NCBI GenBank assembly: GCA_035624675.1
Contig: DASPRB010000105.1
Location: 24,248 to 88,247 of the forward strand
DNA length: 64,000 nucleotides
Origin: Burkholderiales bacterium
GTDB lineage: Bacteria; Pseudomonadota; Gammaproteobacteria; Burkholderiales; SG8-39
Direction of reading: 5' to 3'
Shown here: positions 52,001-62,263 of the stretch, piece by piece
How the letters are laid out: every line of letters begins with the position of its first letter
How positions within the stretch are numbered: the stretch's first letter is position 1
Program-made: the position numbers and the translations under genes
Notes under the pieces: model-generated
What the model saw: only the letters and a program-made list of their open reading frames with translations
Database searches by the model: none
What the model was told of the DNA's origin: nothing

Positions 52001-54178
52001 CAGCTGCTGCCGCTGTTCCTCCAGGAAGGTGCCGAGCTCCTGCCGCAGGCGGGCGAGCTTCTGCGCGCCTGGCGCGCCGACCCCGCCGACCTCGAGCGGG
52101 CGAAGGCTCTGCAACGCGTGTTGCACACTTTCAAGGGCAGCGCACGCATGGCCGGCGTCATGAGCCTGGGGGAGCTGACGCATCACATGGAGACCCGGGT
52201 CGAGAACGCGATCGCACTCAAACTCTCGCCGACGCAGCTTTTCGACGACCTCGATCTGTCCTTCGACCGCGTCAGCGTGCTGCTCGAACGGCTGCAAAAG
52301 CCGCTCGAGGAAGCCGTGCCCGCGCGCCCGCACGCGGAAGCGGCCGCGGTACCCGCACTGTCGCCGGAACTCGGGCCGGCGCGCGGCCTGCTGCGTGTAC
52401 GCGCGGACATGCTGGAGAAGCTGGTAAACCAGGCCGGCGAAGTCGCGATCACACGCTCGCGCATCGAGGTGGAGATGCGCGCGCTGAAGGCGGCGCTCGC
52501 TGACCTGACGGAAAACGTCGCGCGCCTGCGCGGCCAGCTGCGGGAGATCGAAATCCAGGCCGAGTCGCAGATGCAGGCGCGCGTACGCCAGGCGGAGGAA
52601 GCCGCGCGGGAATTCGATCCGCTGGAATTCGACCGTTTCACGCGCTTCCAGGAATTGACGCGCATGATGGCCGAGAGCGTCAACGACGTGGCGACGGTGC
52701 AGCAGAGCCTTGCGCGCGTGGTGGACGATACCGACGCCGCGCTCTCCGCGCAGGCTCGGCTGAACCGCGACCTGCAGCAGGACCTGATGCGCGTGCGCAT
52801 GGTGCCGTTCGGTACGCTCGCGCAGCGCCTGCACCGCCTCGTGCGCCAGACCGCCAAGGAGCTCGGCAAGCGGGCGAGCCTCGAGTTGCGCGGAGTGGGC
52901 GTGGAGCTCGATCGCTCGGTGCTCGAGCGGATCACGGGCCCGCTCGAGCACCTGCTGCGCAACGCGCTCACGCACGGCATCGAAGCGCCGGCCGAGCGCG
53001 CGGCGCGCGGCAAGTCCGACAGCGGCGAAATACGCCTCGACGTGCGCCAGGAAGGAAACGAGGTCGTGCTCGCCCTGGCCGACGACGGTGCCGGCCTCAA
53101 CCTCGACAAGATCCGCACGACCGCCATCAGCAAGGGCCTGCTCGCGGCAGCCGATGCGCCGAGCGAGCAGCAGCTCGCCGACCTGATCTTCGTGCCGGGG
53201 TTCAGCACCGTCACGGAAGTCACCGAGATAGCGGGGCGCGGGGTCGGGATGGACGTGGTGAAGGACGAGGTGGGAGGGCTCGGCGGGCGCGTCGAGCTCG
53301 AATCCGCGCCGGGCAAGGGAACCCGGTTCGTCATTCGCCTGCCGCTGACGACCGCGGTCACGCAGACGGTGCTGGTCAAGTCGGGCGCGCGCACCTATGC
53401 CCTGCCCGGCGTCATGGTCGAGCAGGTGCAGCAGCTGCGGCCCGAGCAGCTCGAGAGATTGCGTGCAATCGGCCACGTCGAATGGGCCGGCAGGCGCTAC
53501 CCGTTCGCCTATCTGCCCGAGTTGCTGGGCGAGCCCGGCGCGCCCGAGCACGCCGAGCGGCGCTATGCACCCGTGCTGCTATTGCGCTCAGGCGCGGAAG
53601 CCGCGGCGCTGCTCGTCGACGAGATGGTCGGAAACCAGGAGGTGGTGGTGAAGAACCTCGGGCCGCAGCTCGCGCGCGTGCCGGGAATATCCTCGATTAC
53701 CGTTCTCGGAAGCGGCGAGACGGTGCTGATCCTGAACCCGGTGCCGCTTGTCCGACGCCCGCGACCCGCGCCGCAGCCGGATCTCGGGCGGGCGCCCGCG
53801 GTCCAGGCGACCCGCCCTCGCGTGATGGTGGTGGACGATTCGCTCACGGTACGCAAGATCACCGGCCGGCTGCTCGAGCGTGAGGGCTACCAGGTGACGA
53901 CCGCCAAGGACGGGGTCGAGGCGCTCGAGCGGCTTTCGCTCGGCATCCCCGACGTGATGCTCATCGATATCGAGATGCCGCGCATGGACGGCTTCGACCT
54001 GACGCGCAACCTGCGCGCAGACCCCAAGCTTGCCAAGATTCCGGTCATAATGATCACCTCGCGCACCGCGGACAAGCACCGCGCCTACGCGCAGGAGCTC
54101 GGAGTGAACGTGTTTCTGGGCAAGCCGTACCAGGAACAGGAGCTGCTGGGCCACATCGCCGGCTTCCTCGGGCGCTGA
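49052..54178 (+). CDS. chpA: ChpA/PilL-type multi-Hpt CheA-like hybrid histidine kinase with C-terminal receiver
   Basis: 1708 aa. Hpt-type sites are FHTLKGSGRMVG, AHTLAGISGTV and LHTFKGSARMAG, plus a degenerate N-terminal one (HLHQAAGAVQIVG). These are followed by a dimerisation region, an HATPase domain (DDGAGLNLDKIR, GRGVGMDVV), a CheW-like domain and a REC domain (VMVVDDSLTVRK...DIEMPRMDGFDL). Confidence 0.9.
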   Translation: MSAAFDIGPLSWVKSEIDSSLERARAALRAYGGRADARGELRNCRAHLHQAAGAVQIVGLEGVSRFFEETEAVAADLEAGRIADEQSAVQELERALTAIGAYLSDLMEGAPDQPLRLFATLQALCEVRGAPRPAEADLFYPDLSLAPPPREKPAVRLSHEETGAYLRSQSTRFQRALVKWLRQPADRDALENMLAAVDAVEQTQSIPAQRAFWWASGAFIDALAKGDLAPDPGVRQVATHVEQQLRRLVEGSPSVAERVLREVLYWVARAGGVGGAGAREAASPRVLTARQAYRLEGSLPQEEAEPDISQRMSLALALRESLASAKDAWTKYAAGIDSALPAFVQHARAIAERGSRLGNANLAALSMEISRVASRLEGTSRETMTEAVAMEVATALLLAESAAENYRNLPSDFDREVRVMLARLAVAVFDAKATGVPRTAGLIDEMTRRAQERLATVSALAEMKANLHRIEQTLDAYFRDPSRAQELGALEPLVHQVSGALGLLGEEQARAALERCAARIREFAAAEMRPPLAEFEEVAQVLSGLGFYIDALQHGKADFAAAMRPVGAAEAVAEGGEAAARSLESELRSKARSTLALYQALRETPQDERLRSELKDKLVEIRDDAELVADAELRDQASEALLQLESASVDRSQRLALSITELAPPPPPPSAEAQRLKDASDEAIDQELLAIFLEEADGVLAAISDSLRESRAQPASLPQLVTIRRGFHTLKGSGRMVGLARLGEVALAVEQVLNLWLQDERSATAELHAMIELAHGAFVDWIARLRAGETQPDPSGVLAAAERLKRGEPGEPATPLAAVPAREEDVVIEGKTISASLFAVFGNEARQHLDALERELASAAATRTIGEELIRAAHTLAGISGTVQLESMHALGYALEAALARLRSRATAPDTAELAVLARANASLREMYGEAIARHAPAARGDLVQALESILGRTEQAPAAAPARSEQPAQERRQRRIDDDIDAQLLPLFLQEGAELLPQAGELLRAWRADPADLERAKALQRVLHTFKGSARMAGVMSLGELTHHMETRVENAIALKLSPTQLFDDLDLSFDRVSVLLERLQKPLEEAVPARPHAEAAAVPALSPELGPARGLLRVRADMLEKLVNQAGEVAITRSRIEVEMRALKAALADLTENVARLRGQLREIEIQAESQMQARVRQAEEAAREFDPLEFDRFTRFQELTRMMAESVNDVATVQQSLARVVDDTDAALSAQARLNRDLQQDLMRVRMVPFGTLAQRLHRLVRQTAKELGKRASLELRGVGVELDRSVLERITGPLEHLLRNALTHGIEAPAERAARGKSDSGEIRLDVRQEGNEVVLALADDGAGLNLDKIRTTAISKGLLAAADAPSEQQLADLIFVPGFSTVTEVTEIAGRGVGMDVVKDEVGGLGGRVELESAPGKGTRFVIRLPLTTAVTQTVLVKSGARTYALPGVMVEQVQQLRPEQLERLRAIGHVEWAGRRYPFAYLPELLGEPGAPEHAERRYAPVLLLRSGAEAAALLVDEMVGNQEVVVKNLGPQLARVPGISSITVLGSGETVLILNPVPLVRRPRPAPQPDLGRAPAVQATRPRVMVVDDSLTVRKITGRLLEREGYQVTTAKDGVEALERLSLGIPDVMLIDIEMPRMDGFDLTRNLRADPKLAKIPVIMITSRTADKHRAYAQELGVNVFLGKPYQEQELLGHIAGFLGR

Positions 54179-54182
54179 GCGC

Positions 54183-55610
54183 TCAGGTTCCTTTCACCGC
54201 CTTAAACCGCGCCAGGGTGCGGTTGCGCGCGGCGGCGTGGTCCACGACCGGCGCCGGATAGTGTTCGCCGATCAGGCAACCGGCGGCGCGCTGCTCCTCC
54301 AGGCTCATTTGCCAAGGCGCGTGCACGCGTCGAGCCGGCACGCGCGCGAGTTCGCTCACGAAGCTGCGGATGAACTCGCCTTGGGGGTCGAACCTGCGCG
54401 ACTGAGTCACGGGATTGAAAATGCGAAACCAGGGCTGCGCGTCGCACCCTGTCGACGCCACCCACTGCCAACCCCCGTTGTTCGCTGCGAGATCGTAATC
54501 GTTCAATCTTGCCGCGAACCAGCGCTCGCCGCGGCGCCAGTCAATGCCCAGGTCCTTCACCAGGAACGACGCGGCGACCATCCGCAGGCGGTTGTGCATG
54601 GTTCCGGTGCGCTCGAGCTGGCGCATCGCGGCGTCTACCAGCGGATAGCCAGTGCGTCCCTCGCACCATGCCCGCCAGCTCGCCGGATGGTCGTCGAAGC
54701 GCAGCGCATCGTACTCGCGCCGGAACGCATGCTCGGTCACCTCGGGCCGGCTGGCGAGGATCATGAAGTAGAAGTCGCGCCATACAAGCTCAGATAGCCA
54801 CGCGAGGGCGCCGGCGCCGCCGCGCCGCCACGCATAGCCGGCCAGCTGCCGGATCGAGATGGTGCCGAAGCGCAGGTGAGTCGACAGGTGGGAAGTGCCG
54901 CCCGCGGCGGGAAAGTCGCGCCGCTGGTGATAGCGGTCGATGCGCCGCTTGAAGCGGGCGAGCTGCTGCGCAGCGCCAGACATCCCGGTGGCGACTCCGA
55001 GCGCGGCGAGATCGGTGCGCCGAAAGCCGATCTCCTCCAGCTGCGGGAGCGGCAGGCCCCTCGCGGACGCCAGGCGCGCAGCGAATCTCTCCGTCGGATA
55101 GGGCTTGACGTGGAGCGGCGCCAGCTGCGCCAGCCAGGCGCGCTTGTACGGCGTGAAGACGCTGAAGTCGCCGCCGGCGCGCGTGCGCAGCTCGTTGCGC
55201 TCGAAGATCACCTGGTCTTTGCGGGTGCGCCAGTCGATGCCCGCGTCCTGCAGCGCGCGTGCCACCGTTTCGTCGCGCGCGAGCGCCGCGGGCTCGTAGT
55301 CGCGGTTGGCGTACACGGCGTCGACCCCGAGCTTCCTCGCCAGGCGCGGAATTTCCTCCCTCGCGTGCCCGTGCAGCACGTGCAGGCCGCCGCCGCGCGC
55401 TTCGAGCGCCGCTTTCAGCTCGCGCACGCTCTCCCAGATGAACTCGACGCGCCGGTCGCTGCGGCTGGGCAGAAGATCGAGAATCTCGGTGTCGAAGACG
55501 AAAGCGCAGTGCACCGCACCATGCGCGCCCAGCGCGGCGTGCAGCGCGGCGTGGTCCCCAATACGCAGATCGCGGCGGAACCAGACGAGCGCGGCGGAAT
55601 CCAACGGCAT
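54183..55610 (-). CDS. phrB: deoxyribodipyrimidine photolyase (class I CPD photolyase/cryptochrome family)
   Basis: 475 aa with [16 protein letters not shown] and [35 protein letters not shown]. Confidence 0.92.
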   Translation of the reverse strand: MPLDSAALVWFRRDLRIGDHAALHAALGAHGAVHCAFVFDTEILDLLPSRSDRRVEFIWESVRELKAALEARGGGLHVLHGHAREEIPRLARKLGVDAVYANRDYEPAALARDETVARALQDAGIDWRTRKDQVIFERNELRTRAGGDFSVFTPYKRAWLAQLAPLHVKPYPTERFAARLASARGLPLPQLEEIGFRRTDLAALGVATGMSGAAQQLARFKRRIDRYHQRRDFPAAGGTSHLSTHLRFGTISIRQLAGYAWRRGGAGALAWLSELVWRDFYFMILASRPEVTEHAFRREYDALRFDDHPASWRAWCEGRTGYPLVDAAMRQLERTGTMHNRLRMVAASFLVKDLGIDWRRGERWFAARLNDYDLAANNGGWQWVASTGCDAQPWFRIFNPVTQSRRFDPQGEFIRSFVSELARVPARRVHAPWQMSLEEQRAAGCLIGEHYPAPVVDHAAARNRTLARFKAVKGT

Positions 55611-55630
55611 GCGCTAAAATATCGTCAAGC

Positions 55631-56191
55631 ATGTCCTCGATCAATCTGACGCATCACTTCCTGATCGCCATGCCCAACATGGTGGATCCGTATTTCGCGA
55701 GGACGCTGACTTACGTGTGCGAGCACAACGATCAGGGCGCGCTCGGCATCGTCGTCAATCGCCCCATCGACATGACCATGCACGCGCTGTTCGAGCGCCT
55801 CTCGCTCACGCTGCGCCACAGCGAGCTGGCCGATGCGCCGGTGTTCTTCGGCGGACCCGTGCAGACCGACCGCGGTTTCGTGCTGCATGCGCCGGCCGGC
55901 AACTGGCAGTCCACGCTCAGGGTGCGCGAGGCGATCGGGTTGACCACCTCCAAGGACGTTCTCGAAGCCGTCGGCCGCGGCGAAGGGCCGGCCAAGCTAC
56001 TGGTGACGCTCGGTTACGCAGGCTGGTCGGCGGGCCAACTGGAGCACGAGCTGTCGCAGAACGCGTGGCTCACGGTCGAGGCCCAGGACGCGATCATCTT
56101 CGACACCCCGGTCGAGGAGCGGCTGCCTGCCGCAATGGAGCTGCTGGGCATCGATTTCGCCCGACTGCAGGATGAAGCGGGCCATGCCTGA
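55631..56191 (+). CDS. YqgE/AlgH family protein
   Basis: 186 aa with [40 protein letters not shown]. Confidence 0.9.
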   Translation: MSSINLTHHFLIAMPNMVDPYFARTLTYVCEHNDQGALGIVVNRPIDMTMHALFERLSLTLRHSELADAPVFFGGPVQTDRGFVLHAPAGNWQSTLRVREAIGLTTSKDVLEAVGRGEGPAKLLVTLGYAGWSAGQLEHELSQNAWLTVEAQDAIIFDTPVEERLPAAMELLGIDFARLQDEAGHA

Positions 56192-56684
56192 GCGGCGCAC
56201 AACCGGCCAGGCAAGCGCCACACTTCCCCCTCAGTCCGGCATTTCCGCTTCCGAAAGAGCTTCGACGGTCTTGGCGTTCGACTTCGGCGAGCGGCGCACC
56301 GGCGTGGCCGTGGGCGATGCGCGCTTGCGCACCGCGCATCCGCTGAAGCCGATCGCCGCGATCGGGACGGCGCGCTTCAGGGCGATCAGCGCGCTGCTCG
56401 CGGAGTGGCGCCCGGGACAGCTGGTGGTCGGATGGCCGGTCTCGGACGACGGCAGGCCTCACCCCCTCGCGCCGCGCGTCGAGCGCTTCGCTCGCCAGCT
56501 CGAGGATCGATTCGGCATCCCGGTCGCCCGTGTGGACGAGCGCTACACTTCGGCCGCCGCCGAGAGCCGCATGCGCGAGGCGGCGGGCGCGCGCCGCGCC
56601 GCCGCCGCCGCGCGCGCGCGGAAGCTCGATTCGTATGCCGCCCAGCTGATTCTCGAGCAGTACTTCGATGAAGCCGCTGCCTGA
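56184..56684 (+). CDS. ruvX: Holliday junction resolvase-like RuvX (YqgF)
   Basis: [17 protein letters not shown] and [10 protein letters not shown] are present. The start is uncertain: ATG 56172 or ATG 56184, both overlapping the yqgE 3' end. The N-terminal extension is longer than is typical for this family. Confidence 0.8.
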   Translation: MPERRTTGQASATLPPQSGISASERASTVLAFDFGERRTGVAVGDARLRTAHPLKPIAAIGTARFRAISALLAEWRPGQLVVGWPVSDDGRPHPLAPRVERFARQLEDRFGIPVARVDERYTSAAAESRMREAAGARRAAAAARARKLDSYAAQLILEQYFDEAAA

Positions 56685-57168
56685 CGCCGAGAAGCTGTGC
56701 GCCGGCCTGGTGGCCGAGCTCAAGCCGCTCGTCGGGCCGAACACGGCGATGATCGGGCTTTACACCGGCGGAGTGTGGCTCGCCGAGCGCCTGCACGCGG
56801 AGCTCGCGCTCGCCGAGCCCCTCGGCACGATGGACATCGCGTTCTACCGCGACGACTACAACAAGCAGGGCCTGGCGCGCGACCCCAAGCGCACCCGCAT
56901 CCCGTTCGCGGTGGAAGGACGCGACCTGCTCCTGGTCGACGACGTGCTCTATACGGGGCGCACCGTGCGCGCGGCGATGAACGAGCTGTTCGACTACGGC
57001 AGGCCGGCGAGCATCTCGCTGGTCGTGCTGGCGGACCGCAGCGGCCGCGAGCTGCCGATCTGCGCGCAGCACTGCGGCGCGAAAGTGGACGTGCCTGCCG
57101 ACATGCGCCTGCGCCTGCGCCGCGGCGACGACGGCAAGCTCAAGCTCGAGCTGGAACGTGCAGAATAA
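56668..57168 (+). CDS. pyrR: PyrR (pyr regulator / uracil phosphoribosyltransferase family)
   Basis: 166 aa with the PRTase motif [17 protein letters not shown]. Confidence 0.9.
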   Translation: MKPLPDAEKLCAGLVAELKPLVGPNTAMIGLYTGGVWLAERLHAELALAEPLGTMDIAFYRDDYNKQGLARDPKRTRIPFAVEGRDLLLVDDVLYTGRTVRAAMNELFDYGRPASISLVVLADRSGRELPICAQHCGAKVDVPADMRLRLRRGDDGKLKLELERAE

Positions 57169-58111
57169 TCCGCAATTGAACGCCAACGGGGAGCTGCGGC
57201 ACCTCCTGTCGATCGAGGGCCTGCCGCGCGAAGTGCTGCTCGGAATCTTGGACACTGCGGCGTCCTTTGTCGGTGTGACCGAGCGCGAAGTGAAGAAGGT
57301 GCCGATCCTGCGCGGCAAGAGCGTGTTCAACCTGTTCTTCGAGCCCTCGACGCGCACCCGCACCACATTCGAGATCGCCGCCAAGCGGCTCTCGGCCGAC
57401 GTCATCAACCTGAACATCGCGGCGAGCTCGCAGACCAAGGGCGAGTCGCTGCTCGACACCGTGGCGAACCTTTCGGCGATGCAGGCCGACGTGTTCGTAG
57501 TGCGCCACGCTTCGTCGGGCGCGCCCTTCCTGATCGCTCAGCACGTCAAGGCGCACGAGCACGTCATCAACGCCGGCGACGGGCGGCACGCGCACCCCAC
57601 GCAGGGGCTGCTCGACCTGTACACGATCCGCCATTACAAGCGGGACTTCTCAGGCCTGACCGTGGCCGTGGTGGGCGACGTGCTCCACTCGCGGGTGGCG
57701 CGCTCGCTGATCCACGGCCTCACCACGCTCGGCACGCCGGAAGTGCGCGTCATCGGCCCCAAGACACTGCTCCCGACGGGAGTGGAATCGCTCGGCGTGC
57801 GCGTGTTCCACGACATGCGCGAGGGCCTGCGCGGCGCCGACGTCGTGGTGATGCTGCGCCTGCAGAGCGAGCGCATGCGCGGCGCGCTGCTGCCGAGCGC
57901 GCAGGAGTTCTTCAAGCACTACGGCCTGACGGCGGAGAAACTCGCGCTCGCCAGGCCCGACGCGATCGTGATGCACCCCGGGCCGATGAACCGCGGCGTG
58001 GAGATCGACTCGTCCGTCGCCGACGGCCCGCACTCCGTGATCCTGCCGCAGGTCACCTTCGGCATCGCGGTGCGCATGGCCGTCATGAGCATGGTCGCGG
58101 GAACGTCGTGA
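57158..58111 (+). CDS. pyrB: aspartate carbamoyltransferase catalytic subunit
   Basis: 317 aa with [21 protein letters not shown] and [11 protein letters not shown]. Confidence 0.96.
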   Translation: MQNNPQLNANGELRHLLSIEGLPREVLLGILDTAASFVGVTEREVKKVPILRGKSVFNLFFEPSTRTRTTFEIAAKRLSADVINLNIAASSQTKGESLLDTVANLSAMQADVFVVRHASSGAPFLIAQHVKAHEHVINAGDGRHAHPTQGLLDLYTIRHYKRDFSGLTVAVVGDVLHSRVARSLIHGLTTLGTPEVRVIGPKTLLPTGVESLGVRVFHDMREGLRGADVVVMLRLQSERMRGALLPSAQEFFKHYGLTAEKLALARPDAIVMHPGPMNRGVEIDSSVADGPHSVILPQVTFGIAVRMAVMSMVAGTS

Positions 58112-59373
58112 AGATCCTGATCCGCAACGGGCGCGTGGTCGATCCGGCGAGCGGGCGCGACGCCATCGGCGATGTGGCGATCGCCGACGGCCGCATCTGC
58201 GAATCGCTCGCGGGCGAACCCGAGCGCGTCATCGACGCTCGCGGCCTGGTGGTCGCGCCCGGCCTCATCGACCTTTCTGCGCGCCTACGCGAGCCCGGTT
58301 TCGAGTACAAGGCGACGCTCGAATCGGAGATGGACGCCGCGGTGGCGGGCGGCGTCACCAGCCTCGCCTGCCCGCCGGACACCGATCCGCCGCTGGACGA
58401 GCCGGGGCTCGTCGACATGCTGCGCCGGCGCGCCAAAGCGCTTTCGCGCGCCAGGGTATATCCGGTGGGTGCGCTCACCGTGCAGCTCGCGGGCGAGCGT
58501 CTGACCGAAATGGCCGAGCTGGCGGAGGCCGGCTGCGTGGCCTTTTCGCAGGCCAACGCGCCGCTCTCCGATACGCAGGTGCTGTGGCGCGCGCTGCAAT
58601 ATGCGGCCACCTTCGGCTTCCCCGTGTGGCTGCGCGCCGAGGACTACTGGCTGGCGCGCGGCGGAGTCGCGCACGACGGCGAGGTCGCTACGCGGCTCGG
58701 CCTGCCGGGAATCCCGGACTTCGCCGAGACGATCGCGCTCGGTGCGCTGCTTGAGCTGGTGCGCGCCTCCGGCGCGCGCCTGCACGTGTGCCGCCTGTCG
58801 AGCGCCGGCGCGGTGCAGCGGATACGGGCGGCGAAGGCAGAGGGCCTGCCGGTGAGCTGCGACGTCGGTGCGCACTACGTGCACCTCTCCGACACGGATC
58901 TGGGCTACTTCGACTCGCACTGCCGGCTGACGCCGCCGCTGCGCAGCCAGCGCGACCGCGAGGCTCTGTCCGCCGGGCTCGCCGATGGCACCATCGACTG
59001 CATGTGCTCGGACCACACCCCCGTGGACGAGGACCAGAAGCAGATGCCGTTCTCCGAGGCCGAATCGGGGGCGACCGGCCTCGAACTGCTGCTGCCGCTC
59101 GCGCTGAAATGGGGCGCACAAAGGAATCTGCCGCTCGCCAAGACGCTGGCGCGTATCACCAGCGATCCCGCGCGCATCCTCGGCGTGCAATCCGGGCGCC
59201 TGGCGGCCGGGGCGCCGGCGGACGTAGTCGTGTTCGACCCGCAGGCGCCGGTCAGGATAAGCGCCGCGATGCTCAAGAGCCAGGGCAAGAACTCCCCGTT
59301 CCTCGGTCATGAGCTCGAGGGCCGCGTGCGCTACACCCTGGTCGCTGGCAAGCCCGTGTACGAAGGCGCATGA
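58108..59373 (+). CDS. pyrC': dihydroorotase-like protein lacking metal ligands (PyrC'-type ATCase partner)
   Basis: 421 aa amidohydrolase fold, with a 4-nt overlap with pyrB. The sequence reads [10 protein letters not shown] where active type-I DHOases have DxHVHLREPG. Further His-to-Arg changes occur at WLRAED and HVCRLSS. Confidence 0.8.
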   Translation: MKILIRNGRVVDPASGRDAIGDVAIADGRICESLAGEPERVIDARGLVVAPGLIDLSARLREPGFEYKATLESEMDAAVAGGVTSLACPPDTDPPLDEPGLVDMLRRRAKALSRARVYPVGALTVQLAGERLTEMAELAEAGCVAFSQANAPLSDTQVLWRALQYAATFGFPVWLRAEDYWLARGGVAHDGEVATRLGLPGIPDFAETIALGALLELVRASGARLHVCRLSSAGAVQRIRAAKAEGLPVSCDVGAHYVHLSDTDLGYFDSHCRLTPPLRSQRDREALSAGLADGTIDCMCSDHTPVDEDQKQMPFSEAESGATGLELLLPLALKWGAQRNLPLAKTLARITSDPARILGVQSGRLAAGAPADVVVFDPQAPVRISAAMLKSQGKNSPFLGHELEGRVRYTLVAGKPVYEGA

Positions 59374-60197
59374 ACCTGCGTGCGGTGCTTGCCTTGCTGG
59401 TCGTGCTGGGGCTCGCGGCGTGTGCCGGTTCGCCCACCCGACCCGGCGGGTATTACAAGGACGACGGGCCGGGCGAACGCACGCTAGACCCTGCCAAGCT
59501 CGCCGACGCACAGCCCAGGCGCGAGCCGCTCATGCGGGGCGCCAATCAGCCTTACGACGTGTTCGGCAAGCACTATGTTCCGTTTACCGAGCTGCGGCCA
59601 TTCACCCAGCGCGGCCTCGCCAGCTGGTACGGCAAGCGCTTCCAGGGCCAGAAGACCTCGAGCGGCGAGCCCTACGACATGTACGCGATGACTGCGGCGC
59701 ACCCGCTGCTGCCGATCCCGAGCTACGCGCGCGTCACCAACCTCGCCAACGGCAGGAGCGTGGTGGTGCGCATCAACGACCGGGGGCCGTTTCATTCGAA
59801 CCGCATCGTCGACTTGTCGTACGCCGCCGCCTACAAGCTCGGCTACGCGACGGCCGGAAGCACGACGGTCGAGGTGCAGAGCATCATTCCGGGAGCACCG
59901 CTCGTCCAGGCCGCATCCGTGCAGCCGGAACCGGCCGCCGCAGATCCCGCGGCGGCCGCCGAGGCGAGCGGTGTCTACCTTCAGCTCGGCGCGTTCTCGG
60001 CACGCGACAGCGCAGAAAGCTATCGCGCCGCGATCTATCGGCGGCTCGCTTGGCTGACCGACCAGATCCACGTGCTCGCGAGCGGAAGCCTGTACAAGCT
60101 CCATCTCGGGCCGTACCCGAGCGAGGCGGACGCAAGCGCCATCGCGGCGCGCATTCAAACCGAAATGAACCTCAAGCCCGTATTCGTTGTCCGATAG
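59370..60197 (+). CDS. rlpA: septal ring lytic transglycosylase RlpA (DPBB + SPOR)
   Basis: 275 aa. A lipobox is present (VVLGLAAC). The DPBB domain contains ASWYGKRFQGQKTSSGEPYDMYAMTAAH...RINDRGPF. The C-terminal region is SPOR-like (VYLQLGAFSARDSAESY). Confidence 0.9.
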   Translation: MNLRAVLALLVVLGLAACAGSPTRPGGYYKDDGPGERTLDPAKLADAQPRREPLMRGANQPYDVFGKHYVPFTELRPFTQRGLASWYGKRFQGQKTSSGEPYDMYAMTAAHPLLPIPSYARVTNLANGRSVVVRINDRGPFHSNRIVDLSYAAAYKLGYATAGSTTVEVQSIIPGAPLVQAASVQPEPAAADPAAAAEASGVYLQLGAFSARDSAESYRAAIYRRLAWLTDQIHVLASGSLYKLHLGPYPSEADASAIAARIQTEMNLKPVFVVR

Positions 60198-60256
60198 CGG
60201 TCCGCCGCGGCGCTGCGCACGCTCCGGGCGAGCGCTTTCTGGAGAGACAGAACATC

Positions 60257-61384
60257 ATGCTACGCACCTGCATTGCCTTGCTGTTCGCCTTCACCGCCAC
60301 CTTCGCGCACGCCGCGGCGCCGCAGCCGCCCGTCGTCGACGGCCATGCCTGGTTGATCGCCGATCTTTCGAGTAACCAGATCCTCGCCTCGGACAAGGCC
60401 GACGTGCGCTTCGAGCCCGCTTCGCTCACCAAGCTGATGACCGCGTATCTCGTCTTCCGCGCATTGCGCGAAAAGCAGATCGCGCTCGAGCAGCCGGTCC
60501 AGGTGTCGGAGCGCGCCTGGAAAGCCCCGGGGTCGCGCATGTTCATCCAACCGGGTATGTCCGTCACTGTCGGGCAGCTGATCCAGGGCATGGAGGTGGA
60601 TTCGGGCAATGACGCATGCATGGCGCTTGCCGAGACGGTGGCGGGATCCGAGGACGTGTTCGTGCAGATGATGAATCGCGAGGCGGCCCGGCTGGGAATG
60701 AAGAACACGCACTATGCAAACGTCACGGGCCTGCCCGATCCGCAGCACTACAGCACCGCGCACGACATCTACCTGCTCACCTCCGCCCTGATCCGCGATT
60801 TCCCGGCCGAGTACGCGCATTACTACTCGCAGAAGGAATACTCCTACAACCGCATCACGCAGCGTAATCGCAACCGATTGCTATGGCTCGACCCCAACGT
60901 GGACGGTGTCAAGACCGGCCACACGGAAGCCGCGGGCTACTGCCTGGTCGCCTCCTCCAAGCACGGCGAGCGGCGCTTGCTGTCGGTGCTTCTCGGAGCG
61001 CCCTCGGAGCAGGCGCGCGCGGGCGAATCGCTCAAGCTGCTCAATTGGGGCTACCAGTTCTACGACAGCGTCAAGCTGTATGACAAAGGGCAGACGGTCA
61101 AGCAGATCCAGGTGTGGAAGGGCTCCGAACCGACCGTCAACGCGGGTTTCGGCAGCGCACTCATGTTGTCGGTGCCGAAGGGCGACTCCGACAAGCTGTC
61201 CGCGCAACTCGTCTCGCAGCGGCCGCTGGTGGCGCCGGTCGCGCAGGGCCAGCAGGTCGGCATGCTGCGCGTTACGCTGCAGGGCAGCCTACTTGGCGAG
61301 TACCCGCTCGTCGCCCTCGAGCCAGTGACCACGGCGGGGATTTTCGGCAGGGCATGGGATACACTGCGACTGTGGATGAAGTAG
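60257..61384 (+). CDS. dacC: D-alanyl-D-alanine carboxypeptidase (PBP5/6 family)
   Basis: 375 aa from the internal ATG at 60257. It has a signal peptide and the SxxK (SLTKLM), SGN (DSGND) and KTG (VKTGHT) motifs. Whether it is dacA or dacC cannot be decided. Confidence 0.9.
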   Translation: MLRTCIALLFAFTATFAHAAAPQPPVVDGHAWLIADLSSNQILASDKADVRFEPASLTKLMTAYLVFRALREKQIALEQPVQVSERAWKAPGSRMFIQPGMSVTVGQLIQGMEVDSGNDACMALAETVAGSEDVFVQMMNREAARLGMKNTHYANVTGLPDPQHYSTAHDIYLLTSALIRDFPAEYAHYYSQKEYSYNRITQRNRNRLLWLDPNVDGVKTGHTEAAGYCLVASSKHGERRLLSVLLGAPSEQARAGESLKLLNWGYQFYDSVKLYDKGQTVKQIQVWKGSEPTVNAGFGSALMLSVPKGDSDKLSAQLVSQRPLVAPVAQGQQVGMLRVTLQGSLLGEYPLVALEPVTTAGIFGRAWDTLRLWMK

Positions 61385-61394
61385 CGAGGGCGAG

Positions 61395-62261
61395 ATGATT
61401 TTTCTCAACGGCAAGTTCATGCCCATCGAGCAGGCGGCGGTTCCGGTGCTCGACCGAGGCTTCATATTCGGCGACGGCGTGTACGAACTGGTTCCGGTCT
61501 ATTCGCGCGTGCCGTTCCGAATCGACGAGCACCTCGCGCGCCTGGAGCGCAGTCTGAACGAGGCGAGGATCCGCAATCCGTACTCGCGCGAGCGCTGGCG
61601 CGAGATCATCGCGCAGCTGATCGCGCAGCAGCCCTACGAGGATCAGGGCGTGTACTTTCAGGTCACGCGCGGTGTCGCCAAGCGCGACCATGCTTTTCCG
61701 AAGGGGGTGGAGCCGACGGTCTTCATCATGTCGAATCCGCTCGTCAATCCTCCCGCCGAGCTGGTCGAGGCGGGCGCGCGCGCCGTGACTGCGCCCGACT
61801 TCCGCTGGCTGCGCTGCGATATCAAGTCGATCTCGCTCATCGGCAATTGCCTGCTGCGCCAGCTTTCCGCGGACGTCGGCGCGGTCGAAACAATCCTGCT
61901 GCGCGACGGCAAGCTCACCGAAGCGTCGGCCTCCAACGTGTTCATCGTGAAGGGCGATGTCATTCGCGGCCCGGCGAAATCGAATCTGATCCTGCCGGGG
62001 ATCACCTACGACGTCGTGATCGAGCTGGCGCGGGAAGCGGGCATGCCGCTCGACATCGGCGAGGTGAGCGAACGGGAGCTGCGCGCGGCGGACGAGATCT
62101 GGGTGACGTCGTCTTCCAAGGAGGTGCTGGCGATCGTCGATCTGGACGACAAGCCCGTCGGCGCAGGCCGGCCCGGGCCGGCCTTCCGGCGCATGTATCA
62201 GCTGTATCAGGACTTCAAGCGGCGCGTGATGCGCGCTGGCAGGCAGACCGTGGCGGCGTGA
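61395..62261 (+). CDS. class IV aminotransferase (D-amino-acid transaminase-like)
   Basis: 288 aa with DRGFIFGDGVYE and fold-type IV PLP patterns. Confidence 0.82.
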   Translation: MIFLNGKFMPIEQAAVPVLDRGFIFGDGVYELVPVYSRVPFRIDEHLARLERSLNEARIRNPYSRERWREIIAQLIAQQPYEDQGVYFQVTRGVAKRDHAFPKGVEPTVFIMSNPLVNPPAELVEAGARAVTAPDFRWLRCDIKSISLIGNCLLRQLSADVGAVETILLRDGKLTEASASNVFIVKGDVIRGPAKSNLILPGITYDVVIELAREAGMPLDIGEVSERELRAADEIWVTSSSKEVLAIVDLDDKPVGAGRPGPAFRRMYQLYQDFKRRVMRAGRQTVAA

Positions 62262-62263
62262 GC

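Noticed and set aside
49784-53551. 1255-aa ORF antisense to chpA, and similar giant antisense or off-frame ORFs (897..2516, 12775..14361, 14870..16543, 23527..25113, 32304..34523, 37237..39027, 39779..41305, 47527..49092)
   Set aside because: These are Arg/Ala/Gly/Pro-rich low-complexity translations with no recognisable motifs. Each lies opposite or out of frame with a strongly supported gene. In GC-rich DNA with G/C at third positions, stop codons are rare in those frames, so such ORFs are expected artefacts.
54175-54186. 12-bp perfect palindrome CTGAGCGCTCAG containing the stop codons of both convergent genes (chpA TGA, phrB TGA)
   Set aside because: It is too short and has no loop, so it cannot act as a terminator. 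It is likely a coincidence of two TGA stops flanking GCGC.
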